From positions 1 through 39,361 of IMG/VR virus record IMGVR_UViG_3300038974_000844: DNA of 39,361 nucleotides; one strand, given 5' to 3'. The stretch is from a virus (lineage: Duplodnaviria; Caudoviricetes). Numbering within the stretch: position 1 is the stretch's first letter; the number at the start of each line of letters is the position of its first letter. A program made the position numbers and the translations under genes. The notes below the pieces were generated by a model. It saw only the letters and a list, made by a program, of their open reading frames with translations, was not told where the DNA came from and did not search any database. This document shows, piece by piece, positions 36,467 to 39,361 of the stretch.

Positions 36467-39361
36467 TATACAACGAAGAAACACGCACGTATACTCTCGA
36501 GCTAAAAGACGCAATCGAGCTATTTCGTAAGATTCCCTTTATGGTAGAGGAGTTTAACGAGGTTCAGGGGCTTAATGCAGAGAATAGGGATCCCTCAAGC
36601 ATGATTTCTCCGCTTCTCGCCGAAGAGACAATGAACACACCTACTCCTTCTGCGCTTATTCAAGTTGCTCTTAATACTCTTCCATACTATGCATATTCAA
36701 GTGCTAACTACTCCGAAACACGGGATGCAGCATACTTAGATGTACCACGTAGTATGCGCGGAAATTTCTGGAACACACTGTTCAGAGACGCGTTCGCTAC
36801 AGAGCTTAATTCAGTTATTAATACCGTGCATAATAAACTCAAGTATGTATACCTGAGTGAAGAACATATTCTAAATAGAGGACTATTTAAAAAGCTTATT
36901 ACGCTTGGCGACTCAGCTTGGGGTAATGTGCCGCTTACTCTTCAGGAAGAAGAAGGGGATGCTGAAACACTTGACACAGTTATTTCAGAAAAGCTAACAT
37001 CTATTTACAAGCTACTAGATTACTCTCCTCCTCAATCCAGCTTAATAGAAGATTGGATGTCCTCATTATATTTATCTGGTCAAATAGATTATCAGATGAA
37101 GTTACGAGAGGAGAATTTGTTTAAGATTCAGGATTTAAAATCTGAATTACTCCGCAGAAAGTTTGCAGGATCTATTAGCCTGTACCGTATTCTAGCATCA
37201 AGTATTAATAGAAGTGGTACGTTCGCTCCGGTTCTTCCGCTATTTTCAGTAACAGAGCAGGCTATCTTTGCAGATAATAGAGCTATCAGAGCTCTCGATA
37301 TGCCAGGGATTACCACAAGAACTGAAGAGTTTCCTATAGACCCTCTGAAAACATATGAAGGTATTATACCAGCGCGCACAATCTATCCGCTGTACTATAC
37401 AAGTGCTGGGTACAATGCTGATGACTTTGAAAACGATGCTACGCAATATTTACGTAATAATAAACCTATATTTGCGTGGGATAATCTGCGCGGTATCATA
37501 GATGCATCGCTTGTTAAAAATACATATCCACGATTCGATCAACCAGTCGCAGGAAGTGATACAAGCTTTATTAAGCTTGATGAGGATCCTGTATTACGTC
37601 TTGACGAAACTACATCATTTTTTGATATGTCCACTGTAACAGGTTCGTTTTTTGATCTTCAAGCAGATGAAGTACTCTATCATAGAAATTCTTTGCAAGA
37701 GGAGCTTGGGCAAGATTATCCGTACGTAACATATACTATCTCCGGTAATAGCGGGCTTAGTATGATGGACTTTCCTTGGCTAGATTTTATGGCCGCTGCA
37801 CTTGATAGAAAAACACGCGTTCAAGAACAAGTAGACATCGGAGTGCAAGTAAGTAGACTATCCATAGACCCTGGCAGTGAAGTTACCGAGAATTTTGTTA
37901 TAGTAACATTTAGCGAGAACTTTGAGCGTAGTTTATCCCTCCAGGATAGCCACTACGATTCTACTATTCATAGATATGCATATCTTTGGAATTTAGGAAT
38001 TCATTATGATGTAGATACATTTATTTGTAGAACAACAGCTTCGCTTATTACTTATATGCTTCTACGTGTAGACGAGACTACTATACCTGCAGATGATGTT
38101 CTCATATTATCCGCGCATGCTAGCTACTATACGTTTACTCACTTTACATCTGGAATGATTCCCTTCGCGTATAAGAATATGACGCAGGATGATATATTGA
38201 GCATGCGCCTAGCTCTACGAGAGAATGAATTAGGTGACTGGGAGATTATCGACGATGTGTATGAGGAGGAGTATAATAAAGCTATCTTCCTATTTACCCC
38301 TCATGAGAACGTTGCTATCCCTAAAAAGTATCTGCGTCGTACCCCGGAGAGCTTACTTGACGTTGGTGGGGAAACCCCATACTGGTTTGCCGCTCCCAAT
38401 GAGGATAGAGCACTCAAGCATATTATTTATGGTATTAGTAGATACAATGAAGAATTACAAACAACGGAATGGTTTTGGTCAGAGCCAGTTCGTGTGTACC
38501 CTAAAGAATTGTTTGATAATTTAAACGGAAAACTATTTCATCCCGATTGGAAGGGGTTAGTTGCATATATAAATCCATATTTAAATATGACAGAAAAGAG
38601 CTCGTCCCCATTGCGCGGCAAAGAAGCTAACTTCCGCGCATTAAAGCCAGCTACTCCCGGTTCCGATGCGGAGGCTCTTTCAGAGATCGTTCCTCTTAAA
38701 GGACCGTCTCTTAGTGCCGCTCTTATGAATATAAATTTGGATAGAGGGTATGCATTATATACGTCTCAAACAGGAGATGGAGTATCGTTACGCGGCACCT
38801 ATTTTCATAGAGAAGTACCTGATGTTGATCCCTTTGATCCAGCGTTTGTGTGGGATACATACATTCTTAACGAAACACTTCAAATTTGGGGTGATAATAG
38901 ACCACTTTGGGATGATGAATACGCAAAGGACCCGGCGGATAACTGGGATGATGGGGCTGTGCGATCGCAGTGGGCATATGATGAACATGGACTTACCGCG
39001 CTTCTCTTCCGTCCAGGATATGCGTATGATGCAGGTATTCAGCATGCTACGTACTTTGATCTGCGCCCGGAGAAAGATGATAGCAATACAGCAGGATGGA
39101 ATGCCTGGGTATGGAATGATGTTCCTAATACAGGAATGTCTGCATGTATAGACTTGCTTGTTCATCCTACTCCTGACGGGATAGCTGCTGAAGATTATTA
39201 TTTGTTAAGCAGGCATACCGAATCTCTTACAGCTACGGACATGCAAGCAGAGTTTGATTTTTACATTGATAGAACTACTGCACCGGCACATCCATCTCTT
39301 GTTATGAATGTATATGTTGAAGGAACAGTAGACGGGATTGTATTTACATGTGAGCTACCGG
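36463..39361 (+). CDS. Large baseplate protein (gp7-like), runs off the window (about 966 codons)
   Basis: Missing from the ORF track (no stop in window). ATGA overlap with the gp6-like gene; reads MIYNEETRTYTLELKDAIELFRKIPF...LLRRKFAGSISLYRIL... I read the first ~250 codons and infer the rest is open from the track's silence. Confidence 0.8.
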   Translation, partial: MIYNEETRTYTLELKDAIELFRKIPFMVEEFNEVQGLNAENRDPSSMISPLLAEETMNTPTPSALIQVALNTLPYYAYSSANYSETRDAAYLDVPRSMRGNFWNTLFRDAFATELNSVINTVHNKLKYVYLSEEHILNRGLFKKLITLGDSAWGNVPLTLQEEEGDAETLDTVISEKLTSIYKLLDYSPPQSSLIEDWMSSLYLSGQIDYQMKLREENLFKIQDLKSELLRRKFAGSISLYRILASSINRSGTFAPVLPLFSVTEQAIFADNRAIRALDMPGITTRTEEFPIDPLKTYEGIIPARTIYPLYYTSAGYNADDFENDATQYLRNNKPIFAWDNLRGIIDASLVKNTYPRFDQPVAGSDTSFIKLDEDPVLRLDETTSFFDMSTVTGSFFDLQADEVLYHRNSLQEELGQDYPYVTYTISGNSGLSMMDFPWLDFMAAALDRKTRVQEQVDIGVQVSRLSIDPGSEVTENFVIVTFSENFERSLSLQDSHYDSTIHRYAYLWNLGIHYDVDTFICRTTASLITYMLLRVDETTIPADDVLILSAHASYYTFTHFTSGMIPFAYKNMTQDDILSMRLALRENELGDWEIIDDVYEEEYNKAIFLFTPHENVAIPKKYLRRTPESLLDVGGETPYWFAAPNEDRALKHIIYGISRYNEELQTTEWFWSEPVRVYPKELFDNLNGKLFHPDWKGLVAYINPYLNMTEKSSSPLRGKEANFRALKPATPGSDAEALSEIVPLKGPSLSAALMNINLDRGYALYTSQTGDGVSLRGTYFHREVPDVDPFDPAFVWDTYILNETLQIWGDNRPLWDDEYAKDPADNWDDGAVRSQWAYDEHGLTALLFRPGYAYDAGIQHATYFDLRPEKDDSNTAGWNAWVWNDVPNTGMSACIDLLVHPTPDGIAAEDYYLLSRHTESLTATDMQAEFDFYIDRTTAPAHPSLVMNVYVEGTVDGIVFTCELP

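Noticed and set aside
1-39361. tRNA, rRNA, CRISPR array, integrase or IS element
   Set aside because: None recognised by eye; a covariance-model scan would be needed to exclude small RNAs.

Overview
A 39-kb segment of a large, T4-like (contractile-tailed) bacteriophage genome read in standard code 11. It carries probable head-associated acidic proteins, a split terminase large subunit, a neck protein, an HU-like protein, ThyX-like and Hsp20 genes, a ligase-like/nuclease fusion and a cytidyltransferase-like gene. It also has two sigma-like factors beside a sliding-clamp-like gene, a split class II ribonucleotide reductase, the N-terminal part of a family A DNA polymerase, primase, 5'-3' exonuclease, an Mre11/gp47 nuclease and a tail block (terminator, sheath, tube paralogs, baseplate). 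Main observations: (1) The cytidyltransferase-like gene has CGA-TGA-CGA in its FGRFNPPTxGH motif, inside a 15-bp RNA stem with G-U pairs. A 6-nt ribosome hop would restore the motif exactly, so this is a candidate programmed translational bypass; a second, weaker 51-nt candidate lies at the end of the same gene. (2) The DNA polymerase stops after motif A and ends in a catalytically dead half-intein, possibly a domesticated docking module for a two-chain polymerase. (3) The terminase is split by a naturally split class 3 (Ala1, W-C-T) intein, and NrdJ by a class 1 split intein with a hairpin-regulated endonuclease in between. (4) Two promoter-like motifs (TATATTR and ACTAAYT) partition replication and virion genes and often appear leaderless. 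All functional calls come from motif recognition by eye; no searches were run.
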